Source: Aliagarivorans taiwanensis DSM 22990
Lineage (GTDB): Bacteria > Pseudomonadota > Gammaproteobacteria > Enterobacterales > Celerinatantimonadaceae
Assembly: GCF_000429505.1 (NCBI RefSeq)
Contig: NZ_AUBZ01000013.1
Coordinates: 3,545 to 67,544, forward strand
DNA length: 64,000 nucleotides
Direction: 5' to 3'
Positions 38,133 to 48,038 of this stretch are shown here, one piece after another. Position 1 is the stretch's first letter, and each line of letters begins with the position of its first letter. Under the pieces are notes generated by a model. It did no database searches, had not been told where the DNA came from, and saw nothing but the letters and a program-made list of their open reading frames with translations. A program made the translations under genes and the position numbers.

Positions 38133-39302
38133 ATGAGCGAACAACATACCCCGGAACAACATGCCCCGGATCAACTTACCTCGGCAGCACGCCAAGCACC
38201 GATCGTGGGTGCCGAGAACGCGACGATTGCCGAGCCATCGCTTGGCCAGAGTGATAGCGCCCTCAGCCGTGTGGATGTCAGTGACAGTCGCGTGATTGAG
38301 ATGGCCAGTGGGATTGACCCCTACAACAGCGTGTCGACCATCAGCTTTGGCCAGCCAGCGCTTCAAAGCATTACCGACTTCTCCGATAAGGTGCTCTCGG
38401 AGGTGAAGACCACCGATGCCGGCGAAGCGGGCACTTTGCTCGAGAGCATGGTGCAGTCGATGAGTGGCTCTCAGTTCGGTGAGCTGGGTAAGCAGAGCCT
38501 GCTGGAGCGCCTGCCCATCATTGGCGAGATGTTCAACACCTTCAATAAGTTTGTGGACAGCTTTGATTCAATCAAAGACAAGCTCGACAAGCTCGCGAAG
38601 GGGCTAGAGGGCCATCAAACCAAGCTGGCCTACGACCTGCAGCGCCTCGATGGCTTGTATCAGGAAAACCTCAGCTTGCTGGAACAGCTGGATGTGTATA
38701 TCGCCGCCGGTAAGCTGCGCCTGAGCCGGATGCAGCAAGATGAGCTACCCGCGTTCAAGGCCACCGCCGACAAAACCGGCGATGCCTTGGATGCCCAGCA
38801 CTACCGGGATGCGTTGCAAGCCTCGGCCCGCCTCGAGAAACGCGTGCACAATCTTGAGATCACCCGCTTGACCGCGATTCAAGCCGCCCCGCAGATCCGC
38901 CTGTCTCAGGAAGGCAATAAGATCCTGATGGAGGATATTCAAGATATCGTGCACAGCACCTTCCCACTGTGGAAGCGCCAGTTTGTGATTGCGGTGTCCA
39001 ACTACGAGAAAGAGAAGGCGCTCAAGGTCACCAAGGTAATCAAGGACTACACCAACCAGCAGTACAAAGAGAATGCCGATAAGCTGAAGTATCTCGAAGA
39101 GCAGCTGGCCGAGAACTATCAACGCGGCGTGCTGGATGTCGAAGCGCTTGAGCATGTTAACAAGGTCACCATTGAGACTCTGAACAATACCTTGACCCGG
39201 ATGAAGCAAGGACAAGAGCAACGCCGCCAGGCCGAGCTGGTGCTGCAAAAATCCGAGCAAGAGCTTAAAGATGCACTGCGCGAAGGGATGGAGCAGGGCT
39301 AA
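38133..39302 (+). CDS. TelA/KlaA-family (toxic anion resistance-like) protein
   Basis: 389 aa. Length, predicted all-helical content and overall similarity fit the TelA family (cf. B. subtilis YceH). Lies 67 bp downstream of the giant ORF on the same strand. Confidence 0.65.
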   Translation: MSEQHTPEQHAPDQLTSAARQAPIVGAENATIAEPSLGQSDSALSRVDVSDSRVIEMASGIDPYNSVSTISFGQPALQSITDFSDKVLSEVKTTDAGEAGTLLESMVQSMSGSQFGELGKQSLLERLPIIGEMFNTFNKFVDSFDSIKDKLDKLAKGLEGHQTKLAYDLQRLDGLYQENLSLLEQLDVYIAAGKLRLSRMQQDELPAFKATADKTGDALDAQHYRDALQASARLEKRVHNLEITRLTAIQAAPQIRLSQEGNKILMEDIQDIVHSTFPLWKRQFVIAVSNYEKEKALKVTKVIKDYTNQQYKENADKLKYLEEQLAENYQRGVLDVEALEHVNKVTIETLNNTLTRMKQGQEQRRQAELVLQKSEQELKDALREGMEQG

Positions 39303-39528
39303 GGCGCTGCAGCTTATCGCGTCAAGCACCACTGCAAGTCGCGTTTCCAACAGGCTCAATGTCGAGAATCGTCATTGGGCACCTGCCGACAGGCGTGTTA
39401 GCCCACGCCTGTTTCTCTTCAATATAATGCAAGTTATTACTAAACTGAGGGCATTGCCTTATACGCCAGTAGGTGTTTGTTGATGCCACCTTGTCCGCTC
39501 TGCCCCTAGCCATGTTGCGCTGCGATAC

Positions 39529-40059
39529 ATGCCTAGCAAGGGCTTTACCATGGTAGAGCTGACCGTGGTGGTGGTGATACTTGGGGTTATTGCCGTGTTT
39601 GCCCTGCCACGTTTTCTTTCGTTCTCCCGCGACGCCCAAATCAATGCTAATCAAGCCACCGCCGAGGCCTTCGAAGCGGCGCTCGACAGTGCGCATTTAA
39701 AATGGCAAACCGAAGGGGCGCCCGGTCGGATACAAGACCTTGATGGCACCATAGATATGAGTAGCCTTGGCTGGCCAATAGGTACCAACAAAGGTAGCGG
39801 CAACGACAATGTTGGTCGTGGTGCTGCGGGGTGCTATCAGTTGTGGAACTACTTGATGAACGATTCGCCTAGTGCAATTAACAACGCGAGCGCCGATTAC
39901 CAAAGTTACCGTCGGGCGGGGGGAAGCGCCTGCACCTATATCTACCGAGCCGGTGGCGATGAGTCGGGGCGCGGTCAGGCCGATTTAGGGATCTACTACA
40001 ACTCGCTTGATGGCAGCGTGACAACCTGTGGGCAATGGTTGGGGGAAGGGTGTAACTAA
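39529..40059 (+). CDS. orphan type IV pilin-like / pseudopilin protein (prepilin N-terminal methylation motif)
   Basis: N-terminus MPSKG|FTMVELTVVVVILGVIAVFALP carries the class-III signal with Glu+5. Mature domain contains 4 Cys. 176 aa. Confidence 0.65.
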   Translation: MPSKGFTMVELTVVVVILGVIAVFALPRFLSFSRDAQINANQATAEAFEAALDSAHLKWQTEGAPGRIQDLDGTIDMSSLGWPIGTNKGSGNDNVGRGAAGCYQLWNYLMNDSPSAINNASADYQSYRRAGGSACTYIYRAGGDESGRGQADLGIYYNSLDGSVTTCGQWLGEGCN

Positions 40060-40110
40060 ACGCGCCGCCCGCTAATGGATTGAGCGGCGTGTAGCAGTGA
40101 TAGCTCGGGA

Positions 40111-43100
40111 CTAGTCGTTGTCGCTAATGATCACTTCGGCATAGCTTTGCGCGCCTAGCTCGGCGCCGCGCGACCATAGCAGGTAGACATGGAAGCTTTC
40201 CTCACTTTCTACCCGGCGATCATCGCGGATGCGCGCGTTCAGATAGCGGCTACCCGATTCGCCTTCGCGCCAGCTTAACAGTTGGATGGGCGCGGCGCGG
40301 TAGTCACGCCAAGAGGCGGAGCCGGGCAGGATCAGAGCCCACACTCGGGTGCGCTCGTTGGCTGGGCCATTGAGCTCAACCGGGATCTGGATGCGGCGAG
40401 CACCTTCGTCGAACACAAACTCTGTGGCCGGGAAGTTCACCGCCAGTGGGGTGCTGTCTTCAATCAGCAGGTCGACTTCCTGCTCAGCGAGTTTCGCACT
40501 CCCTGATACCACGCGCAGCTCAAGCTCGGCGCGCTCTTGCTCTTCAATAAGCGAGTCGCTGTATGCGCCAATATTGAGCGTGTAAGGGCTTTGGTCACCA
40601 TCGCCCCAAACCAACTCGCCTGACAGCAGTGGCAGATCGCTCTCATCGGCGCTGTCAGCCACGATTTGGTAGCTGATCACCACTTCACCAAAGCTGCCGC
40701 CGCTGCGCTGGAACACCAGCTCTGCGGTTTCGCCTTCGACGATGGTCAGCGAGGGCGCTACCTCGATGCGGCCTGCGCTGCGCATATCCAGTGCCAGTAC
40801 CACAGGGTCGTGGTCTGAGGCGCGATAGGCGCTCGGGGCGTAGTAGTCGACGATTTGTTGCTCGGTTTTGTACTCGGTGTTGTAGTCCAGCCCACGTGGC
40901 TCGTCGGCGTTGATATGCCAGTCGGTGGCGGCCACTACCCGGCTTAGCAAGGCAGAATCGGCCAAGGCGTGATCGAGGCTGCCGGCTTCTTCGTCGAAGT
41001 AGTAGGAGTAGCTGCCTTGCTCGAACAGCGGTACCACGTTGGTGAAGCCCGCAGCTTCAAAGGTCAGCATCGGGTCTTCTTTGGCGTAGGCGTTGAAATC
41101 GCCCATCAGCAGCACCTGAGTTTGCTCATCGAAGTATCCGCTAAGGGTTTGCGCTGCCAGTACTCGCTGGCCGTTACAGTTACCTTGGCCGTCGTTCATA
41201 TCCGGGTCGCCCAGTGCGTCACAGCAGGAGCCTTTCGATTTGAAGTGGTTGACGGCAACGCTAAGCTGCTCGCCGCTGGCTAGCACTTCAAAACGCTGGA
41301 TAAGCGGTACCCGGTGTTTAGCGGTGGCGGCATCGAAGGGGTAGGCCTCCAGCAGCTCAGCCTCGCCGGCGGTTGCTACCACTGCTGGGCGGTAGATAAG
41401 GCCCACGGCGATGGCATCGTTACCCACCAGACCAGCTGCTGGCGCGACAAACGCGTAGTGTTGCTGCTCGCTCAGTTCTGCGTTCACCGCATCAACCAAG
41501 TTGGCAATGGCGCTGTCGTCGCTAAAGCCGTTGTTTTGGATCTCCACCAGGCCGACGATGTCTGCGTCCATAGCAACCAAGGCGGCAACCAGTTTGGCGC
41601 GCTGGCGTTCAAACTCTTCGGCGGTATTGGCGCCGCGGTAGAGGTCTTCGCCCAAATCGAGGTCGGTGAAGAAGTTGAGTACGTTGAAGCTAGCTACTTT
41701 AAGGGTGCCTTGACCGTTCCCTTCATAAACGAGCTGAGGCTCGGCGCTGCGCGGGTTGGCGTCGATAAAGTTCGGCTGTGAGGTGGACTGAACGCGGTAG
41801 GCGCTAAAGGCATAGTTGAGCACGCCTTCAACACCGCTGACCTCGCTACCCGCACGCAGGCTTAGCTCGGCGGATAGCTGAGGGAAGTAGCTGATCTCTG
41901 GTGGGTTCTGGGCGCTTACCCCATCGTCTAGCAACAAGCGGTTGAGGATATTGGCCTCAGCCACTGCGAAAGCCTCCGGAGTGCCCGCAGGATAAAGCTG
42001 GGTAGACTTGTAGCGTTTACCCAAGGACAGCACCGTCTCACCGTAGCGGTTGAAGTTGTAGCGTGGAGTGGCGTGCAGGGTTTGTGGCAGGCTGACGCGC
42101 ATACCTTCCAAGTGTCCCAAATCGGTGTCCGCCAATGGCAGGGTGATGGGCGTGGCGCTCGGTAGTGGCTCTTCGCCACATACGCTCAGCCCTTCAACGC
42201 TGGTCAGTTGATAGCCGCCGCTGTAGCTGTCGAAGGTTGCCAACACGCGCACGCGCTCGCCTAGGTTGACTGCATCACGGAAGTGGTAGACGAACACGCC
42301 TTCGGATGTAGCATCGTCACTATCTTGGTTGGCATCGGCATGCTGTAAGAAGAAGCCCGATAGCTGATAGTTGTCGCCCACGCCTTGGAAGTCGCCAACC
42401 ACAACCGCTTCGACCACGACGCGTTGGCCTAGCATGGCTTGCGCGTTTGACAAGCTACCACCTTGCTGGCCGCGTAGCGCGTGAATGGGGGTGCTGTCTT
42501 CGCCACAGAGGCCAAGTACCAGCTCAGGGTCGGTGGGTTCGCCGCCGCCATCGCCAGAGCCATCGCCACCAGAACCATCGTTAGAGCAGGCATCCACGCC
42601 GATACAGCCGAGGCCATCAACGGTGTTTTGGGCGAAGTTAAACCAGCGTGCTGCCAGGTTGAATTCCGACTCGTTGTTGTTGTCTGCATCGCTGCCGGTG
42701 ATGCGGCGCAGCGTCATATCTTTGGTGCTGCCACCGCCACCGGTCCAGACCTGACGCACGCCGATCTGACCGATTCGGTCGACCAACACACCATTAAAAA
42801 ACAAGCCAACGGCATCGTCGCCGTTAAAGTTCACCACACTGGAGGCGCTGCCAATACCGGCGGGGATAACCGCGTTGTCGTGATTGCCGATCACGCCTTG
42901 GTTGTTGACTAATACCAAGGTTTCACCGGCGGCCAGCGAGCCGCTTAGCTCTTGGGTTGGCGCCGTTGGAGAACAGTCTTACCTCGTAGCCGCTTAGGTC
43001 TACGCTGCTGTCGCCATAGTTGGCAATCTCCAGCGCTTTGTTAAAGCTGCTGCCTTCGACGTACTCGCTAAATAATACGTCGGCGTGAAGTGGGCTACTT

Positions 43101-43138
43101 GCAGCACTTGCTGCCAATAGCCAGGGGATCAGTTTCAT
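40111..43138 (-). pseudogene. ExeM/NucH-family extracellular nuclease (LTD domain + endonuclease/exonuclease/phosphatase domain + C-terminal domains) with an apparent frameshift near its 5' end
   Basis: The signal peptide and start of the lamin-tail domain (MKLIPWLLAASAASSPLHADVLFSEYVEGSS...YEVRLFSNGA) are encoded in ORF 42923..43327. The rest (PTQELSGSLAAGETLVLVNNQ..., EEP-domain block LKVASFNVLNFF) is in ORF 40111..42918. A single indel at about 42955-42962 is implied. Confidence 0.7.
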
Positions 43139-43388
43139 AGTTAACGTCCTTGTTGAAAGTAGCGGTGTTGCAAACGCAAAAACGGCAGTGGATAGACTGC
43201 CTAGGCAATCCAGTGTGGATGCGCTAAGTGACAGAAAACAAGGATTTTTAAGACAAAAGAGTGAAGCTTTGATGACCAGATAGCGGGGCCGACAATGTGG
43301 CTGCTCGCTCGTATACCCTAACAACAAATCGGGTCGTGATAAAAACGTGATAACTTCGTGAACCTGTCGGGATATCCGCTACCTAGCC

Positions 43389-44120
43389 TTGAGAGTGATT
43401 AAACCATCACCCTTCAAGGAGAGAACCATGAAACGCACACTCGCCGCACTACCGCTGATCGCTGTGGCCGGATTTACTCACGCTGCCACCATCGACGTAA
43501 CCGTTAGTAACCTGACGCAGGCGATTACCTTTACCCCCCTGCTAGTGACTGCGCACAGCAGTGACAGCTACCTGTTCCGTCTGGGCGAATCGGCATCTCC
43601 CGAGCTGCAAGCCATGGCCGAAGGTGGCGACATCAGCGGGCTGAATACCTTGGCCGATAGCATTGGCGCCTACAGCGTGGCAAACCCGGCTGAAGGCCTG
43701 TTGATGGCCAACGGCAGCACCATGATCAGCGATTGGGATACCGGAGAGAACACGCAACTGACCATCGTTGCAATGTTGCTGCCCACCAACGATGGCTTTG
43801 TCGGGCTGGATTCGTGGAGCATTCCGGAAACCCCGGGCACCTATACCTTGTACCTCAACGGCTACGATGCCGGTACCGAGGCCAACGATGAGATCATCAA
43901 CGGCGGTGGCGCCAGTGGTGTACCGGGTATCCCTGCTAACCCAAGTGGTATGGGCGGCGAGAATGCCACCGGTGTGATTGCAACGGAAGTGAACGACCGA
44001 GTGCATATCCACCCCGGTAACGTTGGCGATACCGATCCCGATGGCGGCATCAGTGATGTGAACAGCCGGGTACACCGTTGGCTGAATCCGGTCGCCAAAG
44101 TTGTGGTTGTGGTTAAGTAG
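43389..44120 (+). CDS. secreted spondin_N-like domain protein
   Basis: Signal peptide (AGFTHAATIDV). The block VTVSNLTQAITFTPLLVTAHSSD resembles the spondin N-terminal domain. About 230 aa after an alternative start at 43428. Confidence 0.5.
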   Translation: MRVIKPSPFKERTMKRTLAALPLIAVAGFTHAATIDVTVSNLTQAITFTPLLVTAHSSDSYLFRLGESASPELQAMAEGGDISGLNTLADSIGAYSVANPAEGLLMANGSTMISDWDTGENTQLTIVAMLLPTNDGFVGLDSWSIPETPGTYTLYLNGYDAGTEANDEIINGGGASGVPGIPANPSGMGGENATGVIATEVNDRVHIHPGNVGDTDPDGGISDVNSRVHRWLNPVAKVVVVVK

Positions 44121-44126
44121 GGGGCG

Positions 44127-44820
44127 ATGATGAATAAACTCACAGCAATCAAAGCCGCCGTGCTCGGTGTGGCGGTGCTCGGGCTAGCCGCCTGTGGCGA
44201 CGATGATGACCCTGTTGTCACCACAGCCGAGTACATGCTAACCGTGCACAATAACACTGCAGCCCAGCCGTTCTCTCCGGTACTCGCTGCGCTACATAAC
44301 GATAGCGCGATGCTCTGGCAACTTGGTCAGCCGGCCTCTGTGGCGCTAGAAGTGATGGCGGAGGGGGGCAATAACAGCCAACTGATGACGGCGCTGGCCG
44401 ATCAATACGCCGTTGCCAGTACGGAAATGGTGCTGATGCCGGGCAACAGCGATGAGCTGAGCCTGCAAGCAGAGCTGAAATCGGGTTTGCTGTTATCGGT
44501 TGCCACCATGCTGGTGAACACCAACGACGCCTTCACTGGCGTGATGCAAATCGATGTGAGCGGCCTGGAGGTGGGCGAGAGCATGCAGCTAAACCTACCC
44601 ATCTATGATGCGGGCACCGAATTTAATTCGGAAGCAGTTGGCAGTATCCCCGGTCCTGCTGATGGAGGCGAGGGCTACAACGCCGCGCGACGATGTGGCG
44701 GATGCGGTCAGCCGCCACCCGGGTGTGGTATCCCAAGCCGATGATGCTGACTCGGTGCTGTTGCCACAACACCGCATCAACAACCGAGCAGGCTCAGTGG
44801 TCGTAACGCGTATCAACTAA
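44127..44820 (+). pseudogene. spondin_N-like lipoprotein, paralog of the 43389..44120 product, with a C-terminal frameshift
   Basis: Lipobox LGLAACG. Homology to the upstream paralog holds to ...GEGYNAA and then continues in the +1 frame (RDDVADAVSRHPGVV... aligns with NDRVHIHPGNVG... of the paralog). The indel lies in a GCGCGCG run at about 44685-44695. Confidence 0.5.
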
Positions 44821-44933
44821 GCTATTGTTGTATTGAGCAGGTTGTATTGAGCATAAAAGCGGGCCAGCAGTATCAGTGCCCGCTGTTCAGTTTAATTGGG
44901 GACGTATAGCTTTCGTTAAGCCATCTAGGAGGG

Positions 44934-45635
44934 ATGATGAGTCAACGGATACTGGTGATAGAAGATGATGCCGATATCAATCAACTGATTACCATGAATC
45001 TGCAAGATCAGATGTATCAGGTTGAAAGCTGCCGCGATGGCCAGCGCGGGTTTCAACTGGCTTGCGGTAGCAGCTTTGATTTGATCATTCTCGATCTCAC
45101 CTTGCCGCTGATGGATGGGTTGGATGTATGCCGCCAATTGCGCGCCGAGCGCTCTATCACGCCTATCTTAATGCTCACTGCACGCGACTCGGAGGCCGAC
45201 CGCATCGTCGGTTTGGAGATGGGCGCGGATGACTACCTGACCAAGCCTTTTAGCGTGCGAGAGCTGCAGGCGAGGGTAAAGGCGATGCTGCGTCGTGTTC
45301 AGATGCTCAAGCAACCTGAGGCTGCCAGCCCTAGCTTGCAGTTCGGCGCCTTGCAGATTGACCCGGAGCGGCGTCAGGTGCATTTGGAGAGTGACCCGGT
45401 TGAGCTCACTTCCACCGAGTTTGACCTGCTGTTTCATCTGGCATCCAAGCCGGGGCAGGTGTTTAGCCGGGCGGCACTGCTCGATCAGGTTTGGGGCTAC
45501 AGCCATAGCGGCTACGAGCACACCGTGAACTCCCATATCAACCGTTTGCGCACTAAGCTTGAGCATGACCCGTCGAACCCACAATGGGTGCTGACCGTAT
45601 GGGGCGTGGGGTACAAGTTTAATGAGCTTCACTAA
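44934..45635 (+). CDS. OmpR/PhoB-family response regulator
   Basis: Receiver domain (DD...D...K) plus a winged-helix trans_reg_C domain; 233 aa. Confidence 0.9.
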   Translation: MMSQRILVIEDDADINQLITMNLQDQMYQVESCRDGQRGFQLACGSSFDLIILDLTLPLMDGLDVCRQLRAERSITPILMLTARDSEADRIVGLEMGADDYLTKPFSVRELQARVKAMLRRVQMLKQPEAASPSLQFGALQIDPERRQVHLESDPVELTSTEFDLLFHLASKPGQVFSRAALLDQVWGYSHSGYEHTVNSHINRLRTKLEHDPSNPQWVLTVWGVGYKFNELH

Positions 45636-47115
45636 GTTTCGTCCGTTTTATAGCAAGCTGGTGCTAGCGGTATTGGGCTGCTTCACGTTGGTGGGGGGGC
45701 TGCTGCTCGGCTTGGGTCACAAGGTCTCTATGGACTACCAAAACGAAGTGGAGCAGAAGCTGCATCTGGACTTGGCGGCCTATCTAGTAAAAGAGAGCGA
45801 CCTCTATCGCGATGGCGAACTTAATCACGCCGCCATCACCCATGCCTTTCATACTATGATGATCCTCGGCCCCAGCTTTGAGTTTTACATCCTCAGCCCG
45901 CAAGGGGATCTGGTGACCTACTCGGCCAAGGCCGACAAGATAAAACGCCAGCAGGTAGACCTAGCCCCAATCCAAACCTTCTTAAGTGGCGATCAGGCGA
46001 TGCCGATAGTGGGCGATGACCCGCGATCCTTGACCAAGCAAAAGATCTTCTCGGTGGCCGAAATCCGCAACAGCCAACAGCAGTTGGTGGCATATCTGTA
46101 TGTGATTATCGGCGGCGAGATCTACGATGACGTTGCGCAGCTTTTGCAGGGCAGCCATATCCTCAAACTAAGCTCGCTGGCGCTGCTTGGTATTCTGGGC
46201 TTTAGCTTGCTGTTGGTAAGCCTGGTGTTTGCCTTTCTCACCCGGCCCTTGCGCAAACTCTATGACGAGATGCAGCAGTTCCAACGCCAAGGGTTAGAGC
46301 AGGCAGCGCTACCCGAGAATCGCTGGCGACCAGAATCGGGCGATGAGATCCAAGGTCTAGGCGATGCCTTCCATCAACTGGCCGCCAGCTTGCAGGAGCA
46401 GTATCAAAAGGTGAAAGACACCGACCAGCTGCGCCGTGAGCTGGTCTCTTATGTCTCCCATGACCTAAGAACCCCATTAGCGGCCTTGCAAGGTTACTTA
46501 GAGACATGGCAGCTCAAACACCAACAGCTCGATGAGCAGCAGTCCTGCCAGCTTATCACCACGGCGCAGGCCAATGCCGAACGCACAAGTCGCTTGGTGG
46601 AGCAGTTGTTTGAGCTGGCCCATCTCGACTCGGCCGATACCAGTCTGAACCTTGAGCCGATGAACGTTGCTGAGCTGGCCTTCGATGTGGTGCAAAAGCT
46701 CGCCTTGCAAGCCGAAGAAGCAGGCGTGAGTCTAGCGGTGAAGGCCGAGCCGCAGCAGCGCTTAGTTAGTGCCGATATACAACGCTTGGAGCGAGTGTTT
46801 ACTAACCTCTTGGAGAACGCCATTCGCCATAGCTTTAAAGGCGGCGTGATAACGCTGGAGGTAACAGGCGACACTGACAGCGACAAAGTACAGGTGTGTG
46901 TAAGGGATCAAGGCTGCGGTATTCCTGCCAGCGATCTGCCGCATATCTTCGACCCGCATTATCGCGCCGCCAATCAGGTCAGCGATCAGCGTAGCCATGG
47001 TGGATTAGGCTTGGCCATCGTTAAGCGGGTGATAGAGCTGCACCATAGCGAAATCACCGTGCACTCCCGCTTAGGTGAGGGGAGTGCATTCGTATTTCAG
47101 CTCAACGCCGTGTAG
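45622..47115 (+). CDS. sensor histidine kinase (two TM, HAMP, HisKA, HATPase_c)
   Basis: H-box SHDLRTPL, N/G1/G2 boxes (NLLENAIRHS, DQGCGI, GGLGLAIV). Overlaps the response-regulator gene by 14 bp. Confidence 0.85.
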   Translation: MSFTKFRPFYSKLVLAVLGCFTLVGGLLLGLGHKVSMDYQNEVEQKLHLDLAAYLVKESDLYRDGELNHAAITHAFHTMMILGPSFEFYILSPQGDLVTYSAKADKIKRQQVDLAPIQTFLSGDQAMPIVGDDPRSLTKQKIFSVAEIRNSQQQLVAYLYVIIGGEIYDDVAQLLQGSHILKLSSLALLGILGFSLLLVSLVFAFLTRPLRKLYDEMQQFQRQGLEQAALPENRWRPESGDEIQGLGDAFHQLAASLQEQYQKVKDTDQLRRELVSYVSHDLRTPLAALQGYLETWQLKHQQLDEQQSCQLITTAQANAERTSRLVEQLFELAHLDSADTSLNLEPMNVAELAFDVVQKLALQAEEAGVSLAVKAEPQQRLVSADIQRLERVFTNLLENAIRHSFKGGVITLEVTGDTDSDKVQVCVRDQGCGIPASDLPHIFDPHYRAANQVSDQRSHGGLGLAIVKRVIELHHSEITVHSRLGEGSAFVFQLNAV

Positions 47116-47144
47116 TTTTCGCTTGTTAGTAAAAACGTTGCGTA

Positions 47145-47675
47145 CTAGAAACGCCATGCCAGTGTCAGGTTATGGGTGTTCAGGCGTGGGTTTGCATCGT
47201 AGATCCCAGCATTCGACATATGTTGGAAACGATACCCCGCCACCACCTGAGCGATGGGCACCAGCCAGTTAACCTCGAAGTTGTAGTTAAATTGCAGGTT
47301 GCCGCCAAAGTCTTCGAACTCCCCGGTGCGGGCCTGCAGCCGATACTCCTCAAGGTAGCTGATACCGCCAAACATGCGGATCTGCCAGGCATAAGCAGGC
47401 ATATAGCGAAATCCCAGGCCTGATCCAAAGGTGGCCGACTCAGCTGCCGTAGCGCTTAAGGTGCCGACACTGCCGGTGACGTCGAGCGAGAAGTTGTCGA
47501 ATTGATAGAAGGGATGTTGGTACTCAATGCGGTGGGTCGATAACTCACCACTTTCTCTTGATACGGGCGTGCCGTACTCATATACCAGACTTGGCTTAGC
47601 ATGTGTCACCGGTAAAGGGCCAGCGTAAGCAAGTGGTAATAGTAACAGCAACAGCACGAACACAATGGTTCTCAT
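47145..47675 (-). CDS. PagL-like outer-membrane lipid A deacylase / acyloxyacyl hydrolase-family beta-barrel
   Basis: About 176 aa after the MRTIVFVLL signal peptide. C-terminal H.SN motif (RFQHMSNAGI) and terminal Phe match PagL-family catalytic-site layout. Confidence 0.45.
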   Translation of the reverse strand: MRTIVFVLLLLLLPLAYAGPLPVTHAKPSLVYEYGTPVSRESGELSTHRIEYQHPFYQFDNFSLDVTGSVGTLSATAAESATFGSGLGFRYMPAYAWQIRMFGGISYLEEYRLQARTGEFEDFGGNLQFNYNFEVNWLVPIAQVVAGYRFQHMSNAGIYDANPRLNTHNLTLAWRF

Positions 47676-48038
47676 GCCGTCCTCCATGTTTCTGCTTGTC
47701 AGTTAGTTTGTCTTTGGCCAGAAGGCCTTGTATCTACCGTGTTTCTTGTTCTGGCTCGGCGCTTTTGATGGATCCACAGTGATCATTGGTGCCACTTTGA
47801 TGGGATAAATCAGCGTTTGATTGAGAGCTCAGGCTAGCGCAGCAATCGCTGACTAGCCTGACTACTATATCGTGTTTTTAGAAAAAATCTTAAGTAACAA
47901 CCAAAAACGAGCTTTGAGGCTGCTTTATTTTCACATCGAATGTGGTTTCTTACCTTTTTAAGGTCGATGGTTAATATTACTTGCAAGTGAGAAGAGCCTA
48001 CTGCTATTTATTGTTTAAATTTTTAATCACTCGATCAA

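Noticed and set aside
18811-44852. Shared 14-mer TATTGAGCAGGTTG in two intergenic regions (18814-18827 and 44838-44851).
   Set aside because: A single exact 14-mer match between two sites in a 64 kb window is expected by chance several times. No flanking similarity or symmetry was found.
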